DNA from: Takakia lepidozioides
Lineage: Eukaryota; Plantae; Bryophyta
Assembly (NCBI GenBank): GCA_030704615.1
Contig: CM060734.1
Span: 49,476,001 to 49,540,000 of the forward strand
DNA length: 64,000 bases
Direction of reading: 5' to 3'
This document shows positions 47,103 to 58,355 of the stretch, piece by piece (the stretch's first letter is position 1; each line of letters opens with the position of its first letter). The notes below the pieces were generated by a model. That model made no database searches. It was given only the letters and a program-made list of their open reading frames with translations, and was not told where the DNA came from. The position numbers were made by a program, and so were the translations under genes.

Positions 47103-50100
47103 ATGAAGAGAGTAAGAGGTATGGAGGACATCAAGGTGAAAAGCACCACAATCCTGCAGAAACAGACGATTGCGACGCCATACGCGGTGAAGTTACTGAC
47201 GGAACTGCGATTACAAGGATTGCAAAACAAGGATTGGACATTGCACCATCGGAAGTACATGTTAGAATTCTTGCAGAACTTTGACCCAAAGACAGGAGCC
47301 ACAATGGTGAAGGGAGTTGAATTAGAACTTACTCCCTTATACCTACAGCAACTGTTTTCATTGCCAGCAGGTCAGGTTCAAGTGGACGAGCACAGGGCTA
47401 GATTGCAGATGAAAGATTTGTTTGAAGAAGGGAGTTTCTTTAAAACTCAAGGCTATGCTTGTACCAAAGCGGTGTACCCAGGGCTTAGGGAGGTGGGCCA
47501 GATATTGAACGTTCTGTTTGCCATGAAACAGAACCAGCAATATTTGAGCAGATCCTTCACAGAAGAAATACTCAAAGGCCTGAGAGGAGAAGAGGTAGCA
47601 TGGGAGAACATCATGTACAACGGACTGGTAGAGGAGATGAAAAGATTGCAGGGAACTGCCACTAAATCTCCTATCATAGTATCTGGGCCAGTCATTGCAC
47701 AAATCATCCTAGACTCATGCGTACTTGATGCGAGAGAAAGGAAGGAAATGGGAGTGTTTGAAATAACAACCACTACCATAGAAGAGCAAGGTTCTTCACA
47801 GGGTGAAGGGGGATTGGCAGAGCATCAACAGCCCAAAAGACAGAGGAAACGGATCACGTTGGAGCCGAACCATTGGCTACAAGGCAGCCGGAGGAAGAAG
47901 TTACTCAAGCTCTTGTGCAGGAGAGGGTACAGCAGCACAGAGATCAAGGGTTACAAACAGCACAACCTGTGGAGAGGGAACAGGAAGTCAATTCAGTATC
48001 ACAGCCATCACAGCCAGGTGAACGGCTTGCCAAAGAGTTACCACAAGTGGTCCATGCGGTTCCTCCACAAATAATAGATTTGGAAACAGAAGGGTTAGAT
48101 ATTCCAACTACAGAGCAAGTGGTGGCAGAGATTGAGAGAGGTGATCTTCTCTATGAAGACTCTAGTTTGCTCAGAGAGAGAGTGGAGCCAGAGGTCCAAA
48201 ATCTGTCCAGTGAACTTCCTGATGTGTAAGTAATACCCCCACCAGCGCCACAAGTTCCAGAAGAGGAACATCAGGACACAGCAGCATCTGGGAGAAATGA
48301 GGAAATTGAGAAGGAGGATCTGGTGGAGCAGTGGCCTGAGTGGTTTGTGAGGCATCATCCTATGGATGAGGGGGGTGAACAGCAGCATGTTAACCATGAT
48401 GGGCCTCAGCAGGCTATGTTGATGAACTCCATAAGCCGAACCCTCAATTTGTTGGGAACTTACATGAAGTCACATGTTCCAGTGACTCAGTTGGAAGTTC
48501 TGAAGGAGGAACTCAGAAGAGAGTTCGAAAATCGGTTGGCAACCGAGGGTGTTAACAAAGTTGAGATGGAAGTGCATCTGCAGTTGCAACAGGAGTTGAG
48601 GGAAACAAAGAATGCTCTGCAATTTGCTAAGCAGCAACTGATTGAGGGGGGTCTGGAGCAAGACCATCTGCAGGAGATACACAAGCAGCAATTATTCCAA
48701 TTGCAGAGCAAGCATGAGGATGAGATGCAAGGACTAAAGGAACAACAGGCAGAGTTGGGGGTAGTATATCAAAGGATGACAGTGCAATGTGCCACCCTCA
48801 CAAATGTTCTAGAGCAAGCCACAACAGAAGCCAACCAACAGAGGGAGCGATGTGTAAGGGCAGAAACGGAGGTAGTGGAGCAAGCCAAATTCATTGTGGA
48901 CCTCAAAGATACAATATGTCACAATGAGGGGAGATTCAGTAACCTGTAGAGCCACCTGCTGTGAAACTGGTTCTATTGGTGTTTCCACCATTGGCATCCC
49001 TTGCACTTCTTGCGAAGAAGACCCGAAAACTAGAGTTCTGGCCCTCAAATACGCCTCCATGAGATGTTCTTCAGGAATCATGAGCCTTTGGTCTATGTTT
49101 GAACTCAAGTCCTCCACTTGAGTCTGCAGTGTATCCACATCCTCTTGGAGCTCTCCTATTCTACTATAGACATTGTCTATAGTAGTGGTGGCAATATTCT
49201 GCAGCTAACCAGGAGAAGTACATTGTGGAGTTACAACAGACCCTTATGTCGAATAGGAATCAACTCTCTGTAGCTAACAAGGCAGCGAGGGAAGCCAATA
49301 ATCTGGCTGCAGCTTATGCCAATTTAGTTGAACCTCATGAGAAGCGCATGCAAGGATTGCAACATCAGTTAGATGCCTACAGACTCAAGGAGGAGCAGAG
49401 TCTCAGAGATGTTACACGGGACAGAGTGGATGACCAACTTTTAAAAGTATGGTTAGCACAAGGGCCAGTGGAAGGGAAAGCACCGAGAAAGCTCACCCAG
49501 GGGGAGATGAATGACCTGAGGCTGCAGTTGCACGGCCTGAGGTATGGGGAAATGCTGCTTTCAAACCACCCAAGACTCATGCTGCACGGGAATACAACCG
49601 AGCAATGATCATGCCCTTCAATGAAATTCCACATAGCTTGGATTTGGCTTGGAATCAATTTGGTCCTCCACAATCTTTTCCACACTACTACCAAATAATG
49701 CGCATTTGATTGCCAGTGGCCACTCGGACTAAGATTCTGGCAATGAATCAGCTCATTGAGGATCATCATTTTTCAAGGTACTGGTCTGAGGCAGGCACCA
49801 TGTTGAAGGAGTTAATAGCTTTCCAGGTTGTTCATGGGCACATTCACACCAAAACAAAGGAAGTAGCGAGTTTGGTCATGGGCTGTGGAATTTATTATAC
49901 TGCTTGTTTCATTGCACGTTACCACATTGAGCAGCAGAAGATGCAGTCCAGATTTCTGACTTATTCCACTACAGATCATTGGACCTTACCTGTGGTGCCG
50001 CATCATACGTATTTATATGATGTGAAAATCATGTTACAGAGGGATTCACAACTCCGTTCATGGTTCAACATGGCCTGGAACAACTTGAGCAACGAAATAC

Positions 50101-50618
50101 GGCATATTGACGACATTTTTAATAAGGAGCAGACAGCTTGGTAATACCTATACTGCTCCAAAGTTACTGGCACACCTCTCACCTACACTGAGAAGGAATT
50201 GTTGAAGTTCAATCAACTTGCTTTCAACAGGTTACACAACGTTGTGAAGCTTAAGGTTCCTGACATGGTGGGGCCACACTGTATGCCAATTTTCATTCCA
50301 GAGAAACCAAAAAAGGCAAGAAAACCAAAAAATTGCAGGACTGAAACAGATTTGGACACAACAGCTGAATCTTCAGAACAAACTCTTGACATATGGGAGG
50401 AATATGATCAAGCACTGCACGACAAGAAACGACGGGGATCTCCCACACCAGAGCCATTACAGCCGGTTCAGTCAAAGGGCAACAAATCAGGTACAAGTAC
50501 AGCTCAAGCATCTCCAGCAAGCAGTCATAGAACTCGGGCACGTACAGAGAGCCCTCCAAGGCACTCTCACAAACAGACAGGACCACGTTCACAAAGATTT
50601 ACTGATCCTAAGCAGTAA
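47103..50618 (+). pseudogene. long sense-strand extra ORF downstream of pol (plant-mobile-domain/Athila-ORF-like N-terminus plus coiled coil), disrupted
   Basis: W..H..YMLEFLQNF..MVKGVELELT..LQQLFSLP.G motif and an E/Q-rich coiled coil, broken by stops, frameshifts and an inversion. Confidence 0.65.
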
Positions 50619-50656
50619 ACCGTGAGGACACGGCTTTTTGAGAGGGGAAGGGGTAA

Positions 50657-51563
50657 TGTTAGGAGGCAGTCTGGGACTTAGGCATTTTTATGGGTTCTGT
50701 GGAGTCTGGGACTTAGACACTTCTATGGGTTCTGAGGGGTACCCTTAATTTTTTGAGATAGCCCGTCACAACCAGTCACAACCCGACACAGTCACAGCCC
50801 GTCACAGCCATACACAACCCGACACAGTCACAACCCATCACAGCCATACGTAGCCAGTCACAGCCCGACACAGCCCGAAACAGCCGTCACAGTCTGACAC
50901 AGCTGTCACAGTCGTAGGGAATGGTTATCATGACAGGGAATGACTGTGGGGAACAACATCTGCCGGGGAACATGTAATTCACGGAGGACGGTTAGTGAAG
51001 GAAAACGGTTAGAACAGGGGGGAAGGGATAAAGCGGGCAGCGGAGACGGGAGGAAAAACACTTTTGGGAGAACACTTTTGGGGGGATGGAGATCATTGCT
51101 GGGGGACTTTTGCCACGGAGATCACTCCTGGGGAAGGACTGAGATCGAAGGAAGGGAAGCTGGCGAGGAGGAAGGAGATACTATAGGACAGAGTTAGTAC
51201 GAGATGTAGGATTACTTAGAGGGATAGATTAGAGAAGTTAGGACACCAGCATGTATCCGATTATGATTAATCTGATTCTCATCCGATACAAACACCTTGT
51301 GTTGAGAGACTTGAGTGAAGCTGTGCATGAATGAAATCAGGGGGCCCAAAGAAGCAATCTGACGCTTAAAAAGATACCTGGTCATGATAAACAGGGAATA
51401 TAAACTGATAAGGAATATAATTGGAAACCCAACAATGATTCACTAGCTGCAGGTCATGACTGATTGTTTCACGCGGGCTGAATGCTTAGAGATATCCAAC
51501 TCTTCTATCTTGGAGTTTCCCCCTCGGATAGCGAAGGGATGGGTGAGTAAAAGCCGCGTGACA
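50657..51563 (+). repeat. 3' LTR (TG...CA), 907 bp, with ACAGCC microrepeats
   Basis: TGTTAG...GTGACA; homologous to 58356-59197 and 38696-39300. Confidence 0.9.
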
Positions 51564-52547
51564 GAAAGCCCTCGATTAGGAGGGGTGCAGCGGCTCGGTC
51601 TCATGATTTTTGGACCTGCGGTGTGGGAGATCTCGAATTTCAAGTACTTTGGGTCGCTGGAAATTCACGAAAAATAGCAAAGTGGGCTTTCATGGAGCAA
51701 GGATTAGCCCTTCATGTGGGAGATTTGGAATTTCAAGTACTTTGGTCGCGGGAAATTTGTGAAAAATAGCAAAGTGGATATATCAATATATGAAGCCTCG
51801 ACAGGGGAGATTGCAAAAATATCAAAGTGGGCTTTGTTGAAACAATGACGTGGAGATCTCCCAAATTACAAGGTCTCTGGATGCATAGGGGATTGCACTT
51901 GGACTTTAGATGATATTGGACACTGGAGGTCGCACTTGGGCCTCTACATGGAAGAAGCACTTGGATACATAGGAGATTGCACTTGGGGCTTAGATTTCAC
52001 ATAGGCCAATGGCGCAAGCTACCCTAGATCTCCCAAACAGGGTGGTGTTTGGATACATAGGGGATTTCACTTGGACACATGGGCCTCGACATAGGGGGCG
52101 CACTTGGATACGTAGGAGATTGCACTTGGACTTAGATGACACTTATGGCACTTGGGCCAACGGCACATGCTACCCTAGTCAATATATAAAGCGAGCCGGT
52201 TTGTTTGTTTTGTTTTGTTTTGTCTTGTCACGTTGAGATGTCCCAAACCGTGAGGCCCCAGCCCTAGTGCTTGGTACCACTGGAAAGCCCTCGATGAGGA
52301 GGGGTGCACCGGCTTGGTCTCATGATTTTTGGACCTGCGGTGTGGGAGATGTCGAATTTCAAGTACTTATGATCGCTGGAAATTCACGAAAATTAACAAA
52401 GTGGATTTTCCTGGGACAATGAATGGAGCCTCGACGAGAGATATATCAATGATGGTTGGATATATTACTACTCAATAAATTCATGGAAAAAAATAAATTG
52501 GGCTTGGAGATGGGAGACTTACTTAGATACATAGGATATTGCACTTG
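51564..52547 (+). repeat. non-autonomous interspersed repeat (possibly Helitron-like) with internal duplications
   Basis: GAAAGCCCTCGAT..GGACCTGCGGTGTGGGAGAT occurs at 51564 and ~52283; TTGCACTTGG units repeat. Confidence 0.5.
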
Positions 52548-53850
52548 TGTCGCGGCCATTTGCCTTGAGGGCGGGGTGGGTCGGGGCTGCCCCTGTGGTG
52601 GGGGTAGTGGCAGCAAATAGGAAAGAGGGCTGAAGCACCTTTGAGTGCCTTCGGCACTCAAGGAGGCGGAAGCGCTCACTAGGTGGAGCCCCGCAAACCG
52701 GGTGGCGGTGGTGGGGGCTCCACGAGGGGTGGTGGTAGCATAGGGAGTCGTAGTGGAGATGGCATAGGACTCACCATGAGGCTGAGGCCTTGTGGTGGGA
52801 GTCGTGGGGAGTCTTGGGACTCACCACGGTCCATTAGGGCCGTGGTGGGTGGGCCAAGACTCACCACGACTCACCACAGGGACGATTGAGGGTCTAAGTG
52901 GTGGTGCTACCGAAGTGAGGCGCGCAACACTTGGTATCATAGCTTAGAATTCAGTACGCGATTGTCCTTGAGATCGGCCTCACCATGGGATCGGGCAAGA
53001 CAAAGTGAAAGCGGAACGGCCCGAAAGACGATGATCCTGGTGAATCTGGTGGGGGCGACGTGTCACCGAAGCGGCAAATGGAAGAGGCGATTTATGCTTT
53101 GAAAGCGAAGCCGCTCAAGAACGGGAGGAATCTGGAGAGTCGGAGCCTGAGGACTTCTCAGAAGCTCTGCCAGACCAACAGATGTCTCCCATGTTAGCAG
53201 CATTTTGGGAAGGGTTGTTGGCGCAGTTTGGCGGAACGTTGAAAGACGTGATGAGGGCGGCTAATGTCACTTCCACTAAGGCAAAGTTTCAAGTGAAACC
53301 TAAGGAACTCGGCACCTTCGAGGGCGTCCGAAATCGGAAGGCACTGAGCAACACCTGGCTCTTGGAGCTGGAGCAGTACTTCCGGGCGGCCAAGTTGAGT
53401 GACGAGGATCGGGTGGAAGTGGCTCCCACTTATTTGAGAGGCTATGCTCAACAATGGTGGCGGAAGCGTCTTCATCATCAAGGGCCAAACCCATAAACCT
53501 TGAGTTGGAGTGGGTTCAAGGAACTTATGAAAAGACAATTTGTGCCCCTCAACGCGTCCTTGCTCACCCGGGACAAGATTATGAACTTGAAGCAAACGGA
53601 TGACATTCAGGGATATGTGCAGGCTTTCAATGCGCTGTTGCTCGAAGTTGCAGATATGGCGGAACCAGAAATGGTCTTCAACTTTGTGGCGGGACTGGCC
53701 ATGGGCTAGGCGGAAGTTGGAGGAGATGCCACCAAAGACTTTGAACGAGACAATTGAAATGGTTGAATGTCTCTCGGATGTCCCTAGGGGCGGAAAACAG
53801 GGCCGTACGGAGCTGAACCATAAGAAAGTCCGGTGGGAGGGTGAAGATGC
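52548..53850 (+). mobile_element. Galadriel-like chromovirus 5' fragment: LTR 52548-52929, PBS, degenerate gag
   Basis: LTR homologous to 7236-7959; PBS TGGTATCATAGC (tRNA-iMet type) at 52932; gag PKELGTFEG..WLLELEQYF..AQQWW with stops. Confidence 0.85.
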
Positions 53851-55699
53851 ATATATCGGTACATTTTTCTTTTCAGATTGTTTTTTATTATAAGACAAGC
53901 GGTTTCGGCATTGTACTGCCAAAACATGTTAGTTTGTTAGTTGTCTGGAAATCGTCGGTAAAGCACGTAGGAAATTAGACAGTGTCTGCGACGACCAGGA
54001 GTGGAACTCTAGCGTCAAGATGACCGTAGGAAGCTGCATCGACAGCAGATTAGTCTGTCAATTCAGTACCAGAAACGACAAGATAATTATGTTCAAATAA
54101 TACATGACGACTGTTCTAGCCCAAATTGCAATCTCTCTTTTCTCCCGCTTTTCAAGTCTAGTAGGAACACACAGCGAGGAGCTTGGCAATTGGTAGAAGT
54201 GACATGTATAGCGATGAAATATCGCAACAAAGCAATTGGCCGCATCGGAATGACAGCAGGTCAGGACGACTTCAAATGGCGAAGCGTGGATCTGTTAGCG
54301 GTGCAAGACAACTGGAGGGGACTTCGGACAACCTATGACTCAGTGGCAGGGTCAAAGGCCCCAGAGCCACCACCAGGGATTTGATTTCCAAAAATACCAC
54401 AAAAGCTTTGTGTAGCGAAAATACGACGAATGGCGAGAAGTGCATTTTTTTTTACCACCGATGGAGCTGAGAATTTACACACTGATACGGGATATGTATT
54501 TGTAGTTTGTCACCAAAGTTTGGTGATTTATAAAGCTGATTAACAGTGGGGCCAAATTATTGAGTCGACGGCACTCACAGGGCCTATTATTTGCATTTCT
54601 ACTTCTTGGATGGATGAAAAATCCTGGAATTCGCCTTGAGGAGTTGGATGGATGAAATGAAAACTCGCGCCAACTGATCATCTAATTGGATGGATGAAAA
54701 ACCAGCTTTCATTTGCCTCTAAGACTTTTCATCCATGTTGAATATTATATTATAGATCCTCCAAGAAAACAATAGTTTAATGAATATTTTCCATTAATTT
54801 ATTAGGCTAAAAAACAGTATAAAAGAAGGGAAAGGTTTCTCCTGTTCTTCATCTAGTTTTTTGTCTTGCTTAGTTTCCTCTTGTTGTTGTAATGTTGTTA
54901 GTTTGAGGCTTGAGGAGGCTAGATCCTAGGGAGTGGAGCTTGAAGCTCCCTAGTTAGATATAATTCTTGTGAGCTAAGGCACGTGGCCTAGCTTGTGGGC
55001 CTTTGAGCCATTTCATTTGTGAAGGAAGAGGGCAATTTCATGTGAAGGAATGTGACTTGGCACTCTCACATTGAAAGGTTGATCCCATCTTACCATTTCA
55101 CCATTTATGTATGTGATTCATTTATTTTCCAAGCAGAGCTTGAAGTTGAAAATCTGATTTAGACTTTTTTTAAAAGGAGAGTGCATTGTGGAATCCCACT
55201 ATTTCATGTCTAGAATTGACAAGGGGAAGAACCCATAGCCTATTGGAAAGGGTACCAATAGATGCGTGTATTTGAATTGTTTGAAGAATGAATCTTTGTG
55301 TTTGGTTACTAATTTGAAATATAGCCAGCTCTGGAAAAGAAAGGCCAGCAGGCTGGATCTATGATATAAAGCCACTATGTGCTAAGTTCTCCTCCCCACT
55401 AGCAAGCCACTGAGGCCTAGGGGAGGGTGGGTTGTACTTTTTTTGTCTTGGGGTTTGGGCGGGCTAAATTCGCTTGACATCAGTTGCCCCGAAGTCGCAA
55501 GCAGCCCAGGAGAAGCCTGGGTGCTGTGCCCAGCCACGACGTACGGGGAGCGGGGCCCCAACACTGACCTTAAGTCGTACTGAGATCAAGTACATCAGCC
55601 GCGTGGCTCAGGCGTGAGGCCCTGAAGCGTGCGAGTAGGGTATGGCTCTTTACCCACGGGATAATCAAAAACTGAGACGGACCGGCAGACGCCGGGGAT

Positions 55700-58115
55700 C
55701 AAATATTGGACATATGGCTTTTGCAGTTCTCAAGCCCCCAAAGACTGCCAACCCGGAATGTCTGTAGACATTTGTGGGGATTTTTTATCTGTCAGATCCC
55801 CGGGATACAAGACCGAGCATGTAACTATATACAAATTGAAGAGCAGCATAAAAGAATGGGGCATTGAAGTCGCTGGGGAACCTCCAGATCACAAGCTCTA
55901 GTTTCAATACAAGATGGGAAGCAATGTTACAGAGCTCAAGTACGCATACATGAAGGAAGTGGAAACCCAGACGAACATGCAGTCTCTAATGCTGGTGATT
56001 TTTGTTGATGAGGATGGAAGGGTGCCAAAAACATTCGGGTACGTAGCATCTGGAAATTCTGTCCGCAAGAACCTCATGAAACAATCAATCACAAAAGGAT
56101 TTAAGTTCAATGAAGACAGCAACATCGGTCAGGATATCAAAACATTTATCCGCTCCTGGGGCCGTTTTCAGGATGTATTGTTCGCAGCCGGTAATGAAAA
56201 CATGGAACAAAGAACGGAAACACCAGCAAGACAAAGACGTAAGTCTACGGCAGGGTCATCAGTAACAGAACAGGATCAGGAAGGTGCTGGATCATCCTCA
56301 AAGAAGTGGAAACCAAAGAAATCCATTGATCCAGCCTTTGCTCCCGACGTAAAGAGACCCAAGACAGCCGACATTTACGACAAGGATAAGTCAATAGAAC
56401 TGGCAAAAAATCTAGTAGAATACTACGGAGACATGTTTCCATTCGGTTTTAGTAGAATTTTCAAAATACCGATATCGCGAATGAATCTTGCTCCTAAACA
56501 TATGGTTTACCGACCTTTGAACCTCAAGCACAAGGATGAGGTCAAAACCAGACTCCTCCAGCTCCGATATCTGGATGCCCAACATCCGGTATACCTCACT
56601 CCAATTGATCCAGAGAAGGAGGACGATGTGTGTGAAAAGATACCAACGAGATCAGCGGAGATCGACGACGCTTCGACGAAATTTTTCATTGTCGGAGGGC
56701 AACACACGATCGTGGCTGCCAAGGTACTCACTAACCAGATCTATGTCTCTTGACTCTAGAATTCAACAAATAGATTTGAAATTGGTCTAGAACCTTGACA
56801 TTCATGTCGACATTATATGCTATGGACGTCTATTGGAATGAAGTAGGATACCGTCGAGTCAATTGAATGTCGACATCAATGTCGACGTCGAATGAATTAA
56901 ATCTTTACAACATGGAACTGTGTCTATAGGAACTTGTTGAGGATTTGGATACAGACGAGCAGCTTGCAAACTACTTTGGAAAATGGCCGGCTAGGATTGT
57001 GTGGTCAAAAGAGCATTTGTAACTGGTAAAGCTCTCCAAGCTTCTAAATTATCCGAACAAAGCGCACAAAAGTTTGAGACGACTTTTAGCGAGAAATTGG
57101 GTCACCTGAGAAGTTTTTATGCATCAATTGGGAAGTCGCCGAAATACAATGATAATGCAAAAAAGAACGAGACTGGCTTGTGGAAGGTAAACATTCTTCT
57201 AATAGTCTTTTTCTTCATTTATGTACATATTAGTATCTAGATATGGGTTTTGGAAATTCCTCACTGATAATTTGTTGGGTCTGAAAATAATTGTGCTCTT
57301 CATCCCAGGAGTTTATGCAAGCGGCACTGGTTATACTAGGGAAGAACTCCTCGAAAGAAGCGTTGGCATTGGTCCATGCTGATGAGGACGTCTGGGAGTT
57401 GTGGGAGACTGTGTTTCGAAAGTGGGACAAGGTGGAGCTCATTGATGCTATGGGGATTGTATGCAACTCTGGGCAAGTTCCATTGACCAAGCCGGCTATC
57501 CAAAAGCTTCAAGGGCTTAACCAGCGACAGATCGAGAAGGTGGCACAGAGGATTCTGGACTTGAGGGTGAGCATTAGAAATCCATATAAGGGTAAGGATC
57601 AAACCTTGAGGAGCATGAACGACTACATTGATTATATGAAAACACAAAGGTTTGTGGTTGATGACATCATGGTGGTACTCGAAGGAGCAGAGCGGTCCAA
57701 AAGCAATCCAGAACCATACACGAAGGAGAAATTGACAAAGGTGAAACATGACCTCAAAATCACTAAGACAGCTTTTAAGGCCATGCAGTCCAAAACAACG
57801 GCGGAATATCTGGCAGACAAGACCAATATTAACAAGGTGACACCCTTGATCCCGGAGCCATTCAGGAGTTATGTACTGTCTTGGAAGAAGAAAATTGAGG
57901 AGATGGCGACCTATAACGACGACTTGACACAATCATTCAAGGACCGCTATGTCATGTTGGATGCAAAGAGGAGGTTCTCGAATGCTGCCAGCCATTTTTC
58001 ATTCTTTAGCAGAAAGAAATTTCAAAACATTGGTATGGTCTTTGTGAACACAGTTGGAGACAGAGAGGATCTTGTGTTTGAGAGGAAGGACTACATCACA
58101 CTACAACAGATCGCG
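55700..58115 (+). pseudogene. spliced ParB/Srx-like domain protein gene, disrupted; exons ~55700-56723, 56930-57186, 57309-~58115
   Basis: FKIPISRM..VYRPLNLKHKDEVK..PVYL..FFIVGGQHTIVAAK is a ParB-N/Srx-like G.H motif. Two GT-AG introns, internal stops and a frameshift; truncated by a retroelement. Confidence 0.6.
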
Positions 58116-58117
58116 GT

Positions 58118-58355
58118 AATTTCTTCTCTCTGTTTTCATCTTGCAAGTTCTTCTCTTGGATTTCTTCTTCCTCACTCATATAACTCAACTGCAGTGGTGT
58201 TGGAGAGTCTGAACTCTCCGTTGGCTCTGCCACATCATCTTCCCATTCTTTGTCTTGTGCTTCAGAAACTGGAGTTCCTGCTTTTGGTGTTCCATGCCAA
58301 CTCTGATCAAAGATTTTGTCAAATCTTTAATCCAAGGATGTACCTCAGATCTTTC
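58118..58355 (-). mobile_element. inverted gag N-terminal fragment of an older copy of the same gypsy family
   Basis: Reverse complement of ~60051-60289. Confidence 0.85.

Larger units (their letters stand above)
42610..51563 (+). mobile_element. non-chromovirus Ty3/gypsy element (Phygy/Athila/Tat-like grade), 3' part: pol, long extra ORF, PPT, 3' LTR
   Basis: Order PR-RT-RH-INT; PPT GAGAGGGGAAGGGG before the LTR at 50657-51563. Confidence 0.92.

Noticed and set aside
51564-58355. GAAAG after the 3' LTR and CTTTC before the next 5' LTR as a TSD
   Set aside because: They are reverse complements, the LTRs are in the wrong order and diverged, and each flank belongs to a different host repeat.
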